Shown one piece after another: positions 18,752 to 27,973 of a stretch of 64,000 nucleotides of DNA. Under the pieces are notes generated by a model. The model did no database searches. It saw only the letters and a program-made list of their open reading frames with translations, and was not told the origin of the DNA. Made by a program: the position numbers and the translations under genes. Position 1 is the stretch's first letter. Each line of letters begins with the position of its first letter. The DNA lies in contig JAWAFZ010000002.1 in NCBI GenBank assembly GCA_038890155.1, forward strand, positions 10,774 through 74,773, in the 5' to 3' direction. Source of the stretch: Candidatus Caldarchaeum sp. (lineage in GTDB: Archaea > Thermoproteota > Nitrososphaeria_A > Caldarchaeales > Caldarchaeaceae).

Positions 18752-19591
18752 TTGACGGGTGTGCGTGCCCAGCTGGCCGTCTCCACGCTCATAGTATTCG
18801 GCTTGGTCTTGATAGGTTTAGGGTTTGTTGGAGTCCCTTACGTCTCTACTTCAGAAGATTCTGTAGTTGTACAAACCTCCTCTATGCGGACGATTAAGGC
18901 TGAAGACGCCACTTGGTCGGCTTTAACTGAGACAAACACCGTTGAGCTTGTCTCGACTACAAGGCTTACAACCACCATCACCGAAACCTATCACACAACA
19001 ACCACGTCGCTTAGAACCATAGCCCACATAGACAGTATAATCATAACCGCCGGCTCAGCCCTCGTCCTAGGGCCGTTCGAAGTCAACCCACCCGCAACCA
19101 TCGCAGTATCCTGGTCTTCAGACAACCGGCTAGAGGTTTACACCGCTTCTGCGAAGACGCTCGGCAACCGGAGCGGATGGATACTTCTAGGAGACGGCGC
19201 CAACGGCCTAAACAGCTTCAGCCTAACTGAACCCGGGCCGACCTACTTCGTCCTAAGCACGCCGGCTGAGCCGGCTGTTCTGAATTTTTTGAGGATTTTA
19301 GCCAACGAAACCATGACGACTCACGGAGAGGAAGTGAAGGCCGTCGTCTATGAAACCACGGTGAGGACAATTCTGCCAAGCTTTACGACGAGGACGGTAG
19401 GCTACACGACTTTAATCACCACGACCGTCATGGAGTATTTCACGCTCGCCGTGGCAACAACCCTTACAGAGACAAGGTACGCCGACCTCAGCTTCATGAC
19501 CGTTATGGGCTCATTCCTAGTCTTCGCAGGCTTGCTGGTGATGATGCTCCTGCTACGAACCGTCGGCAGGCCTTTAGACAAAAACATGTAA
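18752..19591 (+). CDS. Hypothetical Thr-rich surface protein with N- and C-terminal TM anchors
   Basis: 279 aa. An N-terminal TM, Thr-rich stretches (TTRLTTTITETYHTTTTS) and a C-terminal TM plus basic tail. Confidence 0.45.
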   Translation: MTGVRAQLAVSTLIVFGLVLIGLGFVGVPYVSTSEDSVVVQTSSMRTIKAEDATWSALTETNTVELVSTTRLTTTITETYHTTTTSLRTIAHIDSIIITAGSALVLGPFEVNPPATIAVSWSSDNRLEVYTASAKTLGNRSGWILLGDGANGLNSFSLTEPGPTYFVLSTPAEPAVLNFLRILANETMTTHGEEVKAVVYETTVRTILPSFTTRTVGYTTLITTTVMEYFTLAVATTLTETRYADLSFMTVMGSFLVFAGLLVMMLLLRTVGRPLDKNM

Positions 19592-19625
19592 GAACTATTA
19601 TACTGGCCTCGTCGGCTTTAGGTAC

Positions 19626-20987
19626 GTGTCGGACAGGGTTGTAGACCAGATAGTTCGATTCGTCTCCTCAAAGACGTTTCTGAGGGAGGACGTGGCTGTA
19701 GAGGTCAAGAGGAGAGTGTTAGACAGCGTGGGATGTTTCTTTGGAGCATTCCACGAAGGTGTTTCGAAGGCTTCACGTCAGGCGGCTTCGAGGCACGAGG
19801 CGAAAACATCGGGCGCGGCCCTCTGGCTCACGGGCATGAAGACGACGCCGGAATGGGCTTGCTTCGTCAACGCCGTCGGTGTTAGGGCGTTGGACTTCAA
19901 CGACACCTACCTCTCGAAGGAGCCGCTTCATCCCAGCGACATGATTCCAGCTTTAGTGGCTGTTGGCGAAGCCTGCGGATCAAGCGGGAGGGAGCTGGTT
20001 GAAGCGATTGCTGTCGCGTACGAGGTTGGATGCCGGCTCTGCGACGCCGCCAGCCTGCGGAGGAGGGGGTGGGACCACGTTAACTTCACGATGGTGGGTG
20101 CTGTCGCAGGTGTTGGAAAGCTGATGACGCTTGATGAAGAAAGGCTGGCGAACGCCCTGTCGCTTGCCGTAATCCCTCACGCAGCCATGAGACAGACCAG
20201 AGCGGGGGAGCTGTCGATGTGGAAGGGTGCGGCTGCGGCCAACGCCTGCAGGAACGCCGTGTTTGCATGCATGCTTGCCGAGAACGGCATGACGGGTCCC
20301 TCCCAGCCGTTCGAGGGCGAGATGGGTTTCTTCAGACAAGTCTCGGGCGAGCCCTTCACGCTCGACACGCTTACTCCGGGCAAGCCTCCTGAAATGGTGC
20401 TCAAAACCTACCTCAAACACCATCCAGTAGAGTACCACGCCATGACAGCCGTCGACGCGGCTCTCAAGATAAGACACGAGGCCCATCCAGCCGACATAGC
20501 TGAGGTCAGGGTGGACACCTTCGAAGCCTCTTACACCATCCTAGCCAAAGACCCTGAGAAGTGGAGGCCAGCGACGAGAGAGACAGCGGACCACAGCCTT
20601 CCCTACATAGTAGCAGCCACGCTGCTCGACGGAGGCGTCTGGCTCGACAGCTTCACCGACGAGAGAATAAGCCGGGAAGACATAAAGCAGTTCATCAACA
20701 GGGTAAAGGTCTACGAAGACCCCGTGCTCACAACCAAGTATCCGGAGGAGCTGCCGAACAGAGTCTCTGTTGTTTTGAGGGACGGGAGACGGCTGGAGGC
20801 CTCGGAGGCGATTCCACGAGGCCACTACAAGAACCCGATGACGGATGAGGAGGTTAAGACGAAGTTCAACAGGCTTTCTGCAAGGTTGTTGGACGAGGAG
20901 CAGCGGAAGAGGGTGTTCGAGGTGGTTGAACGCCTCGACAGGCTGGGTAGTGTCTCAGAGCTTGTGGAGGTGCTGGTCGTAGGATGA
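19626..20987 (+). CDS. prpD: MmgE/PrpD family protein (2-methylcitrate dehydratase-like)
   Basis: 453 aa with family-typical length and motifs (NDTYL..HPSD, TADHSLPY). Overlaps the downstream citrate synthase gene by 4 nt. Confidence 0.85.
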   Translation: MSDRVVDQIVRFVSSKTFLREDVAVEVKRRVLDSVGCFFGAFHEGVSKASRQAASRHEAKTSGAALWLTGMKTTPEWACFVNAVGVRALDFNDTYLSKEPLHPSDMIPALVAVGEACGSSGRELVEAIAVAYEVGCRLCDAASLRRRGWDHVNFTMVGAVAGVGKLMTLDEERLANALSLAVIPHAAMRQTRAGELSMWKGAAAANACRNAVFACMLAENGMTGPSQPFEGEMGFFRQVSGEPFTLDTLTPGKPPEMVLKTYLKHHPVEYHAMTAVDAALKIRHEAHPADIAEVRVDTFEASYTILAKDPEKWRPATRETADHSLPYIVAATLLDGGVWLDSFTDERISREDIKQFINRVKVYEDPVLTTKYPEELPNRVSVVLRDGRRLEASEAIPRGHYKNPMTDEEVKTKFNRLSARLLDEEQRKRVFEVVERLDRLGSVSELVEVLVVG

Positions 20988-22078
20988 GCCAGTACGTGGC
21001 GGGGCTGGAGGGAGTACCTGCGGTAGAGTCTACGATAAGCACCATCGACGTCGAGAACAGGCGCATAATAATCAGGGGCAAGAGCCTTGAGAAGCTGGCG
21101 CGTGAGAACAGCTTCGAGGAGGTAGCCTACCTTCTTCTCTACGGCAAGATGCCCGACGGGGACGAAGTCAGGGCGTTCAGGGAGGAGCTGGCGTCCAACA
21201 GGACTATCCCGGGGCAAGTGGTCGAAGCCTTGAAGAGTCTTCCCTCAAGCACCCATCCCATGGACGCCTTGAGGACAGGCGTCTCGACGCTAGCTCCGTA
21301 CGACCCTGAGCTTGACGACACTGCCTTGGAGGCGAATAGGAGGAAGGCCGTGAGGCTAATCGCCAAGACGGGGGTTTTGACCGGAAACCTCGACAACCTG
21401 CTGTACAGAAGAACATGGAACCAGTCTTTCAAGGAGCTCAACCACTCGGAGAACATCTTAACACTCATCAAGGGCAAACCTGTCGAGGAATGGGTTGCAA
21501 AAACGTTTGAAACACTCTTCATACTCTATGTCGAGCATGAGCTTGCGGCGTCCACTTTCGCGGCACGCGTCATCGCCTCAACGCTGTCAGACATGTACGG
21601 TGCTTTTGTCGGCGCCATAGCGGCTCTGAAGGGACCGTTGCATGGAGGTGCGAACGAGAAGGCTGTCGAGGTTTTCGAGCAAGACGTGGTGGGGGCTGAA
21701 AAGCTGGTTAGGGAGAAGCTGGCTAGGAAGGAGAGGGTGATGGGGTTCGGGCACAGGGTTTACAGGCGGGGGATAGACCCTCGAGCCGAGGTCGCCAAGC
21801 AGCTGCTCGAAGAAGCTTGTAGGATTGTCGGCGACGACAGGCTTTACCGTGTGGGCGACCATGTCGAGAGGCTCATGGAGAAGGAGAAGAACCTCTACCC
21901 CAACCTAGACTTCTACGCCGCCGCCCTATACAAGCTCATGGAGATACCGCCACGCCTATACACACCCATATTCGTCGCCTCGAGGACGGCTGGATGGGCT
22001 GCCCACGTGGTTGAGCAGCAGGCCGACAACAGGCTGTTCAGGCCTAGGGCGATATACAAAGGCCCGGTCGAGGACTAG
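20984..22078 (+). CDS. Citrate synthase / 2-methylcitrate synthase
   Basis: HELAASTF, GPLHGGANE and GFGHRVY catalytic motifs. Coupled to the prpD-like gene. Confidence 0.9.
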   Translation: MSQYVAGLEGVPAVESTISTIDVENRRIIIRGKSLEKLARENSFEEVAYLLLYGKMPDGDEVRAFREELASNRTIPGQVVEALKSLPSSTHPMDALRTGVSTLAPYDPELDDTALEANRRKAVRLIAKTGVLTGNLDNLLYRRTWNQSFKELNHSENILTLIKGKPVEEWVAKTFETLFILYVEHELAASTFAARVIASTLSDMYGAFVGAIAALKGPLHGGANEKAVEVFEQDVVGAEKLVREKLARKERVMGFGHRVYRRGIDPRAEVAKQLLEEACRIVGDDRLYRVGDHVERLMEKEKNLYPNLDFYAAALYKLMEIPPRLYTPIFVASRTAGWAAHVVEQQADNRLFRPRAIYKGPVED

Positions 22079-23229
22079 TCTGGCCAGCTCTCCCACATCC
22101 TCTCTGCCAACTTACCGTAGCGTGTGAAGAGATGAATCCTGTCCGCAGCCCTCTCCCTCGACTCTCCAAACTTCTCCAGAAAACGTTGAACCTTCTCGAT
22201 CAAGATTTCCTTAAGCTCGCCCGTCAAAAGCTTGCCTGAGACATAGTCGCTTCTTATCTGCTCAACCCGCCGGTCATCCTCCTCGAAGAAGTAGTAAAGC
22301 CACTGGAATGCAACGTCCACGTCGGGGTTGCCTCCCAGCTTCCTGTGCAGCTCGACGGTCGGCTGGCCTCCTGAGTAGGCCTGCCAGATCTTCCTCCTCA
22401 CGTCCTTAGGGTTGTCCGTGAGGAAAACGGCGGACTCGGGCTGGGAAGCGCTCATCTTACCCGCTGGACCGGTCAAAGGCATCAGGAAACGGCTGTGAAT
22501 GGCGGCGGACTTGTAGAAACCAAGCCCCTCCGCTATGTCTCTCTGTATCCTCCAGTATGGGTCTTGGTCTATTGCCGCAGGTATCAGGCACCTCTTACGC
22601 TCGAACAGCGTGGGCACTATCTGGACAGCTGGGAAGAAAGCCATCCCTATGTTGGTCTGGTCGTTGAACCCGAATACCGCTCGAACCCAGCTGAAGTTTA
22701 CCTTCCTAGCGACTTTGAGGACCAGCCTATACATCCTGCCCATGAACTCCGTGTTCCTGAAGATGAACGTGCGGTCGGGGTCGAACCCCACAGCGGCTAT
22801 GTTGAGCATGTTGTCGTTAGACCAGTAAGCCGTGTCCTCCAGCGATAGCCCCCGGCTCTCCTCGAGAAACTTCTCATCGTCCGTCAGCTGGATGTAAAGG
22901 TTTACTTCGAATCGTTCCTGAAGCCACTTCGTAAAGTAGAACGGAATAATGTGCCCGATGTGCATCGGCCCGCTTGGGCCCCTGCCTGTGTAGAGGAAGA
23001 AGCCTCTACCGGCCTCGTGGTCGTCGAGAACAAGGTCCACGTCCCTATGGGAGAAGAAGACACGGCGCCTCAGCATGTGGTTGTTTCCACGAGCCGCCTT
23101 CACAATCCTGTCCATCAGCTTGTCCGAGATGAGCTGAGTTCCGAACTCTTGGACGAGCCTCTCGTAGTTGACAGCGCCCTCGACATCCCAAGGTGTGACT
23201 CGAAAACCTTCGGACTCGTCCATGCTCAA
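22075..23229 (-). CDS. trpS: Tryptophan--tRNA ligase (archaeal/eukaryal type)
   Basis: VTPWDVEG..NYERL N-terminus, HIGH motif (GPMHIGH) and KMSKS variant (GKMSAS). Confidence 0.85.
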   Translation of the reverse strand: MSMDESEGFRVTPWDVEGAVNYERLVQEFGTQLISDKLMDRIVKAARGNNHMLRRRVFFSHRDVDLVLDDHEAGRGFFLYTGRGPSGPMHIGHIIPFYFTKWLQERFEVNLYIQLTDDEKFLEESRGLSLEDTAYWSNDNMLNIAAVGFDPDRTFIFRNTEFMGRMYRLVLKVARKVNFSWVRAVFGFNDQTNIGMAFFPAVQIVPTLFERKRCLIPAAIDQDPYWRIQRDIAEGLGFYKSAAIHSRFLMPLTGPAGKMSASQPESAVFLTDNPKDVRRKIWQAYSGGQPTVELHRKLGGNPDVDVAFQWLYYFFEEDDRRVEQIRSDYVSGKLLTGELKEILIEKVQRFLEKFGESRERAADRIHLFTRYGKLAERMWESWPD

Positions 23230-23399
23230 CCACCTTCCGCAATCGTGAAACCTTTGGACAACATAGGCTTAGGCGTTAGAGCAGCGCCAAAGACATCCAC
23301 CCGTCGAGTCCCCGGTCATGCTGCAACTCCTGCCGAAGGAAGGATAAAAACATGACGGAGGCCATAAAAACAAGCAGATTATAATGAACATGATGGTTT

Positions 23400-23831
23400 G
23401 TGAGTTCGGCGGTTGCTTCCAAAAGGTTTAGCGATGAGTTCGCCCTCATGCAGGATAAGACGGTAAAAGTTGTCTCCTCCACAGGCGTTTACACGGGCCG
23501 TGTCCTAGCCTACAACCCCAGCGACTACAGCCTCTGGATGGCTGACGTGAGAGACGACGCCGGAAACACCTACAGCAAGCTGTTCATAGCCGGCCGCAGC
23601 ATCTCCCGCATCGAGGTCCTCGAAGCCGGCCCCGACATGTCAGCTCTGGCAGAAAGGCTCAACCGCCTGTTCCCCAACCTAGTGGTCTACCACAAAGAAT
23701 CCGACACAATAGTCGTGATGGACCGGGTGAGGGTGTCGAGGGAGGGCGTCTTCGGCGAAGGACCTGCGGCTGAGAGGGTGAAGAGAGTCTACGAGGAGTT
23801 CATGAAGGAGTACAGGGCGAGGCCTTCCTAA
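23400..23831 (+). CDS. Hypothetical protein, possible Sm-like fold plus C-terminal domain
   Basis: KTVKVVSSTGVYTGRVLAYNPSDYSLWMADV...KLFIAGRSISRIEV resembles the Sm1/Sm2 pattern. GTG start, and ATG 23448 is an alternative. The assignment is weak. Confidence 0.35.
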   Translation: MSSAVASKRFSDEFALMQDKTVKVVSSTGVYTGRVLAYNPSDYSLWMADVRDDAGNTYSKLFIAGRSISRIEVLEAGPDMSALAERLNRLFPNLVVYHKESDTIVVMDRVRVSREGVFGEGPAAERVKRVYEEFMKEYRARPS

Positions 23832-23900
23832 GCATCCCCTATTTTTATTAATGGGCTCTTCCGGGCTGGATAATCTTTTTATAGCGACTGTTTAGACGGC

Positions 23901-25532
23901 GTGTTAGCCGTCTCTAAGGTGGTTCCTTTGGCCAAGTGGCGCACTCTTGTCCACAACGGGGTTGCTCTCCCACCTCCCTACCAGCCTAAAGGGCTTTCAA
24001 TAAGGATTAGGGGGGAGGAGGTTAGGCTGGACCCGCTGCAGGAGGAGATGGCTTACGCTTGGGGGTTGAAGAAGGACACGCCCTACGTCGAGGACCCGGT
24101 CTTCAGCAGGAACTTCCTCAACGACTTTCTCAAGACGTTCAACGGCCGCTACTCGGACGTCTCGCTGGAGGAGGTCGACTTCAGCGAGGTTTTTGAATGC
24201 GTCGAGAGGGAGCGGAGGCTCAAGCAGGACCCTGACTACAGGAGAAAGCTGTCAGCTGAGCGTAAAAAGGTGAGAGAGGAGCTCAAGGCTCGCTACGGAT
24301 GGGCTGAGATGGATGGTAAGAGGTTTGAAGTAGCTAACTGGATGGTCGAGCCTCCGGGCATCTTCATGGGCCGTGGCGCCCACCCTCTCAGGGGTAGGTG
24401 GAAGCCGAGAATCTACGAGCGGGACATAACGCTCAACCTCGGCGAGGACGCGCCCATACCTCCTGGAGACTGGGGTCAGATAGTCCACGACCACGATTCG
24501 ATGTGGCTGGCTAGGTGGAACGACAAGCTTACTGGGAAGGAGAAGTACGTCTGGCTGAGCGACACAGCAGACATCAAGCAGAAGAGGGACAGAAGTAAGT
24601 ACGACAAGGCCTTGGTGCTCGAGAGCCATATAGAAACGGTGCGCAGGAAGATTATGGAGGGGTTGAAGTCGAGCGACCCAAAGCACCGTGAGGTGGCGCT
24701 GGCATGCTATTTGATTGACAGGCTAGCTATGAGGGTGGGCGACGAGAAAGACCCCGACGAAGCCGACACAGTAGGAGCAACGACGCTGAGGGTGGAGCAC
24801 GTCAAGCTGTCGAGGCAGGTCGTCGAGTTCGACTTCCTGGGCAAGGACAGCGTCAGATGGCAGAAGCAGTTAGACCTGCGGGAAGAGCCTCCGGAAGTAT
24901 ATGACGTCTTCAGAGAGCTTCTCAACGGCAAGAAGGAGGGCGAGCAGATCTTCCAGAGCATCAACAGCAGGCACGTCAACAGGTTTCTCGGACAGGTCGC
25001 TAAAGGCCTTACGGCGAAGGTCTTCAGGACATACATAGCGACAAAGGTAGTCAAGGATTTTCTGTCTTCTGTCCCACGTGAGGAGGTCGCCTCAGCCGAC
25101 AGGGCGGTCTACTACGCCAGGCTGGCCAACTTGAGGGCGGCCGAAGCCCTTAACCACAAGAGAGCTCCACCGAAGAACTGGGAGTCCTCCATCATGAAGA
25201 AGGAGGAGAGGGTTAGGAGGTTGATGGAGCAGCTGAAGGAGGCTCAGACGGAGAAGAAACGAGCTCGTCTTGCCTCCAGCCTCGAGAAGGCTAGGCTGGC
25301 GTTGGATTTGGCTGTCAAGGTGAAGGACTACAACCTGACCACCTCTCTCCGAAACTACATAGACCCTAGGGTTTTCAAGGCGTGGGGTAAAATGGCAGGT
25401 CTAGACTGGAGGAAGATTTACACGGCTTCGTTGCTGAGGAAGTTCGGCTGGGCTGAGAGAGCTGAGGTTAAGAGGTTCGCAGGGTTGTTCGGCGGGGCTA
25501 GGGCGGTGCTTGCTGTGGACCGTGTGGACTGA
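23901..25532 (+). CDS. DNA topoisomerase IB, eukaryote-like
   Basis: Collinear with eukaryotic Topo I core and catalytic domains: WRTLVHNGVALPPPY, GRGAHPLRGRWKPRI, EKYVWLSDTADIKQKRDRSKYDKA, ACYLIDRLAMRVGDEKDPDEADTVGATTLRVEHV, FDFLGKDSVRW. The active-site Tyr context is TSLRNYIDPRV. Confidence 0.9.
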   Translation: MLAVSKVVPLAKWRTLVHNGVALPPPYQPKGLSIRIRGEEVRLDPLQEEMAYAWGLKKDTPYVEDPVFSRNFLNDFLKTFNGRYSDVSLEEVDFSEVFECVERERRLKQDPDYRRKLSAERKKVREELKARYGWAEMDGKRFEVANWMVEPPGIFMGRGAHPLRGRWKPRIYERDITLNLGEDAPIPPGDWGQIVHDHDSMWLARWNDKLTGKEKYVWLSDTADIKQKRDRSKYDKALVLESHIETVRRKIMEGLKSSDPKHREVALACYLIDRLAMRVGDEKDPDEADTVGATTLRVEHVKLSRQVVEFDFLGKDSVRWQKQLDLREEPPEVYDVFRELLNGKKEGEQIFQSINSRHVNRFLGQVAKGLTAKVFRTYIATKVVKDFLSSVPREEVASADRAVYYARLANLRAAEALNHKRAPPKNWESSIMKKEERVRRLMEQLKEAQTEKKRARLASSLEKARLALDLAVKVKDYNLTTSLRNYIDPRVFKAWGKMAGLDWRKIYTASLLRKFGWAERAEVKRFAGLFGGARAVLAVDRVD

Positions 25533-25566
25533 TAGGTACTTTTGCATACTTCCCGGTTGAAGTATT

Positions 25567-25618
25567 TTCGATATTTACATAAAATATATATGAAAATTCG
25601 AATATACTAATGTTCGAA
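25567..25618 (+). promoter_or_regulatory. Candidate promoter/operator of the dsrE-tusA-sqr-arsR operon
   Basis: A/T-rich TATA-like stretch ATAAAATATATAT (about 25579-25591) lies 33-45 nt upstream of ATG 25624. Three TTCGA(A) cores occur at 25567, 25597 (perfect palindrome ATTCGAAT, 25596-25603) and 25613. Confidence 0.3.
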
Positions 25619-25623
25619 GAAAC

Positions 25624-26124
25624 ATGACCCAAGCAACACTCTCAACTCAAGCCAAGAAACCCGAGCAAACATCCAAGCTCTGCATAATCCTGTCGAAAGG
25701 AACTCTCGACATGGCCTATCCTGCCTTCATGCTCGCCAACGCAGCGGCCGTCATGGGCTACGAGGTCCACATCTTCTTCACATTCTGGGGAATGGACGTA
25801 ATCAACAAAAAGAAGATAGACAGCCTCAAGATAGCTTCAGTCGGCAACCCCGGCCTCCCGATGCCCAACATCCTCGGAATCCTCCCAGGCATGACCAGCA
25901 TGGCGACGAGGATGCTTAAGGGGAAGATGCTCAAGCAGAAGGTTCCGTCCATCAGAGAGCTGGTGAAAAACGCCAAGGACGCTGGCGTCAAGCTTCACGC
26001 ATGCTCAACCACCATGGACGTCATGGGTCTCAAGAAGGAGGACTTCATTCCCGAGGTTGACGACGTGGTGGGGGCTGCGACGTTTATCCAGCTCAGCGAG
26101 GGCGGCCAGGTAATCTTCATCTAG
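25624..26124 (+). CDS. DsrE/DsrF-like sulfur-relay family protein (COG2210 type)
   Basis: 166 aa. KLCIILSKGTLDMAYPAFMLANAAA...IFFTFWG and the conserved Cys context LHACSTTMDVMG. Confidence 0.75.
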   Translation: MTQATLSTQAKKPEQTSKLCIILSKGTLDMAYPAFMLANAAAVMGYEVHIFFTFWGMDVINKKKIDSLKIASVGNPGLPMPNILGILPGMTSMATRMLKGKMLKQKVPSIRELVKNAKDAGVKLHACSTTMDVMGLKKEDFIPEVDDVVGAATFIQLSEGGQVIFI

Positions 26125-26139
26125 GAGGTGGACGAGCAC

Positions 26140-26385
26140 ATGAGTCAGGCTAGTAGGCGTGTGATAGACTCGAGGGGGAGCTTCTGCCCAGGCCCGTTGA
26201 CAGACCTCTTCAAAGCATACAAGGAGGCTAAGAACGGCGATGTCTTGGAGCTGCTGGCCACAGACCCAGCCGCCAAGTCCGACGTACAGGCGTGGGCTAG
26301 GAAGACAGGCAACATCGTCGAGGAGATTGTGGAGGAGCAGGGGTACGTAAGGATCGTCGTCCGTGTGGTTGCGAAAAGTGGCTGA
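26140..26385 (+). CDS. tusA: TusA/SirA-family sulfurtransferase
   Basis: CPGP active-site motif (DSRGSFCPGPL). ATG 26140 is preceded by the SD-like GGAGGTG at 26124-26130; the ORF track start 26128 is that GTG. Confidence 0.8.
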   Translation: MSQASRRVIDSRGSFCPGPLTDLFKAYKEAKNGDVLELLATDPAAKSDVQAWARKTGNIVEEIVEEQGYVRIVVRVVAKSG

Positions 26386-26388
26386 GAA

Positions 26389-27567
26389 ATGACGAGCAAA
26401 ATACTCGTCGTGGGCGGCGGCACCGGCGGAACTCTGACAGCTAACCTGCTGGCACGCCGGCTGAAGAACGAGATAAAGAACGGCCTTGTCTCACTGACTC
26501 TTGTAAGCGGCAGCGACCAGCATTTCTTCCAGCCCTCCAACCTAGACATAGCCTTCAAGGGCGCAAAGCCTTCTACATATGTCAGAAACCAGCGAAGCCT
26601 ACTCCGTAGCGAGGTAGCTTTTATCAACGAGCCGGCTCGGAAAATAGACCTCCACAACAGAAAAGTCGTAGCTGGAAGGGAAATCGAGTACGACTACCTT
26701 GTGATAGCTACAGGATCCGTGGCGGACCCATCCCTCACGCCGGGATTGGCCGAAGGTTCGTACAACTTCCACACGACGCCGTCGGCCGCTGAAGGGCTAT
26801 GGAAAGCTCTCCAGAGGTTTGAGGGAGGTAGGGTTGTCGTAGCAATAGCCGGCGTGCCTCATAAATGCCCGCCAGCCCCGACAGAAGCCATGTTCCTACT
26901 GGACGACCACTTCAGAAACCGGGGAATACGTGATAAAGTCGAGCTGACCTTCCTAACACCTTACCCGCATGCATACCCCGCCAAGCCGATAGCCGCAGTG
27001 GTCGAGCCCTTGCTGGAGGAGAGAAACATCACCGTCTCGCCCTTCTTCAACGTGGAGAGCGTCGACCCGATCAAGAGAACCATAAACTCAGCCGAGGGCG
27101 AGGAGGTTAAGTACGACATCCTGATATCCGTCCCACCCCACCGAGGAGCAGAAGTAGTTCTATCGTCGGAACTAGGGGACAAGGACGGGTGGATACCTGC
27201 GGAAAAGCACACGATGCGTGTTAACGGGTTTGACGACGCCTACGCCTTGGGCGATGCCACCAACATCCCGATATCCAAGTCAGGCGTGGTGGCTCACCTG
27301 CAGTCAGGAGTAGTGGCCCACAACATCGCGGGCAAGATACTTGGGGTCAACGGCGAGCGGCGGTACAACGGAAGAATTAACTGCCCGCTCGAGGTAGGCG
27401 GAGGCAGGGCCCTGTTCGTTTCAGGGTCTTACACAAGGCAGCCTCAGCCCATGAAGCCCACCCGTCTCCGCTACTTGATGAAGAAAAGCTTCGCAAGACT
27501 CTACTGGCTGATGCTCAAGGGCACGCTCGAGCCCATCTTCGACGTCTACCTCAGGGAGGAGTCTTGA
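26389..27567 (+). CDS. Sulfide:quinone oxidoreductase-like FAD-dependent pyridine nucleotide-disulfide oxidoreductase
   Basis: Rossmann motif ILVVGGGTGG, SQR-type Cys contexts PHKCPPAPTEA and RINCPLE, and GDATNIP. Confidence 0.75.
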   Translation: MTSKILVVGGGTGGTLTANLLARRLKNEIKNGLVSLTLVSGSDQHFFQPSNLDIAFKGAKPSTYVRNQRSLLRSEVAFINEPARKIDLHNRKVVAGREIEYDYLVIATGSVADPSLTPGLAEGSYNFHTTPSAAEGLWKALQRFEGGRVVVAIAGVPHKCPPAPTEAMFLLDDHFRNRGIRDKVELTFLTPYPHAYPAKPIAAVVEPLLEERNITVSPFFNVESVDPIKRTINSAEGEEVKYDILISVPPHRGAEVVLSSELGDKDGWIPAEKHTMRVNGFDDAYALGDATNIPISKSGVVAHLQSGVVAHNIAGKILGVNGERRYNGRINCPLEVGGGRALFVSGSYTRQPQPMKPTRLRYLMKKSFARLYWLMLKGTLEPIFDVYLREES

Positions 27568-27881
27568 GCGTCAGCGAAGCCATCACGTCCGAGAAGTTCT
27601 ACGAGGCCTTAGCCGAGTTCTGCAAGGGGCAGGCTCATCCGAAACGGTTGATGATCCTCCACTTGCTGATGGAGGGGGAGAAGTCTGTCGGCGAGATTGT
27701 CGAAGCCCTCGGAGCCGGCCAGCCCACCGTCTCCCAGCACCTCAACTACATGAAGCGGAGCGGGGTCGTCGAATCGAGGCGAGAAGGCAACATCGTATAC
27801 TACAGGCTCGCGGACAAACGGATAGCCGAGGCATGCAGCATCATCTCACGAATCGTGAAAGAAAGAATAGCTGGCAAGTAA
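27564..27881 (+). CDS. ArsR/SmtB-family transcriptional regulator
   Basis: HPKRLMILHLL...SVGEIVEALGAGQPTVSQHLNYMKRSGVVESRREGNIVYYRL. Only two Cys (C20, C91), and no alpha3 CxC or alpha5 metal site. Confidence 0.85.
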   Translation: MSVSEAITSEKFYEALAEFCKGQAHPKRLMILHLLMEGEKSVGEIVEALGAGQPTVSQHLNYMKRSGVVESRREGNIVYYRLADKRIAEACSIISRIVKERIAGK

Positions 27882-27973
27882 ACGTCCTGTATCCCCGACG
27901 GCTTGGAGGCAGCTTTCCTCTAGGTTCAAACAGGTATGCGGTTGGGCTGTTGGTAGTCGACGACGCCTCGTGT

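Noticed and set aside
26145-26657. 170 aa minus-strand ORF
   Set aside because: It is antisense to tusA and the 5' part of the SQR-like gene, both with clear motifs. It has no motifs of its own.
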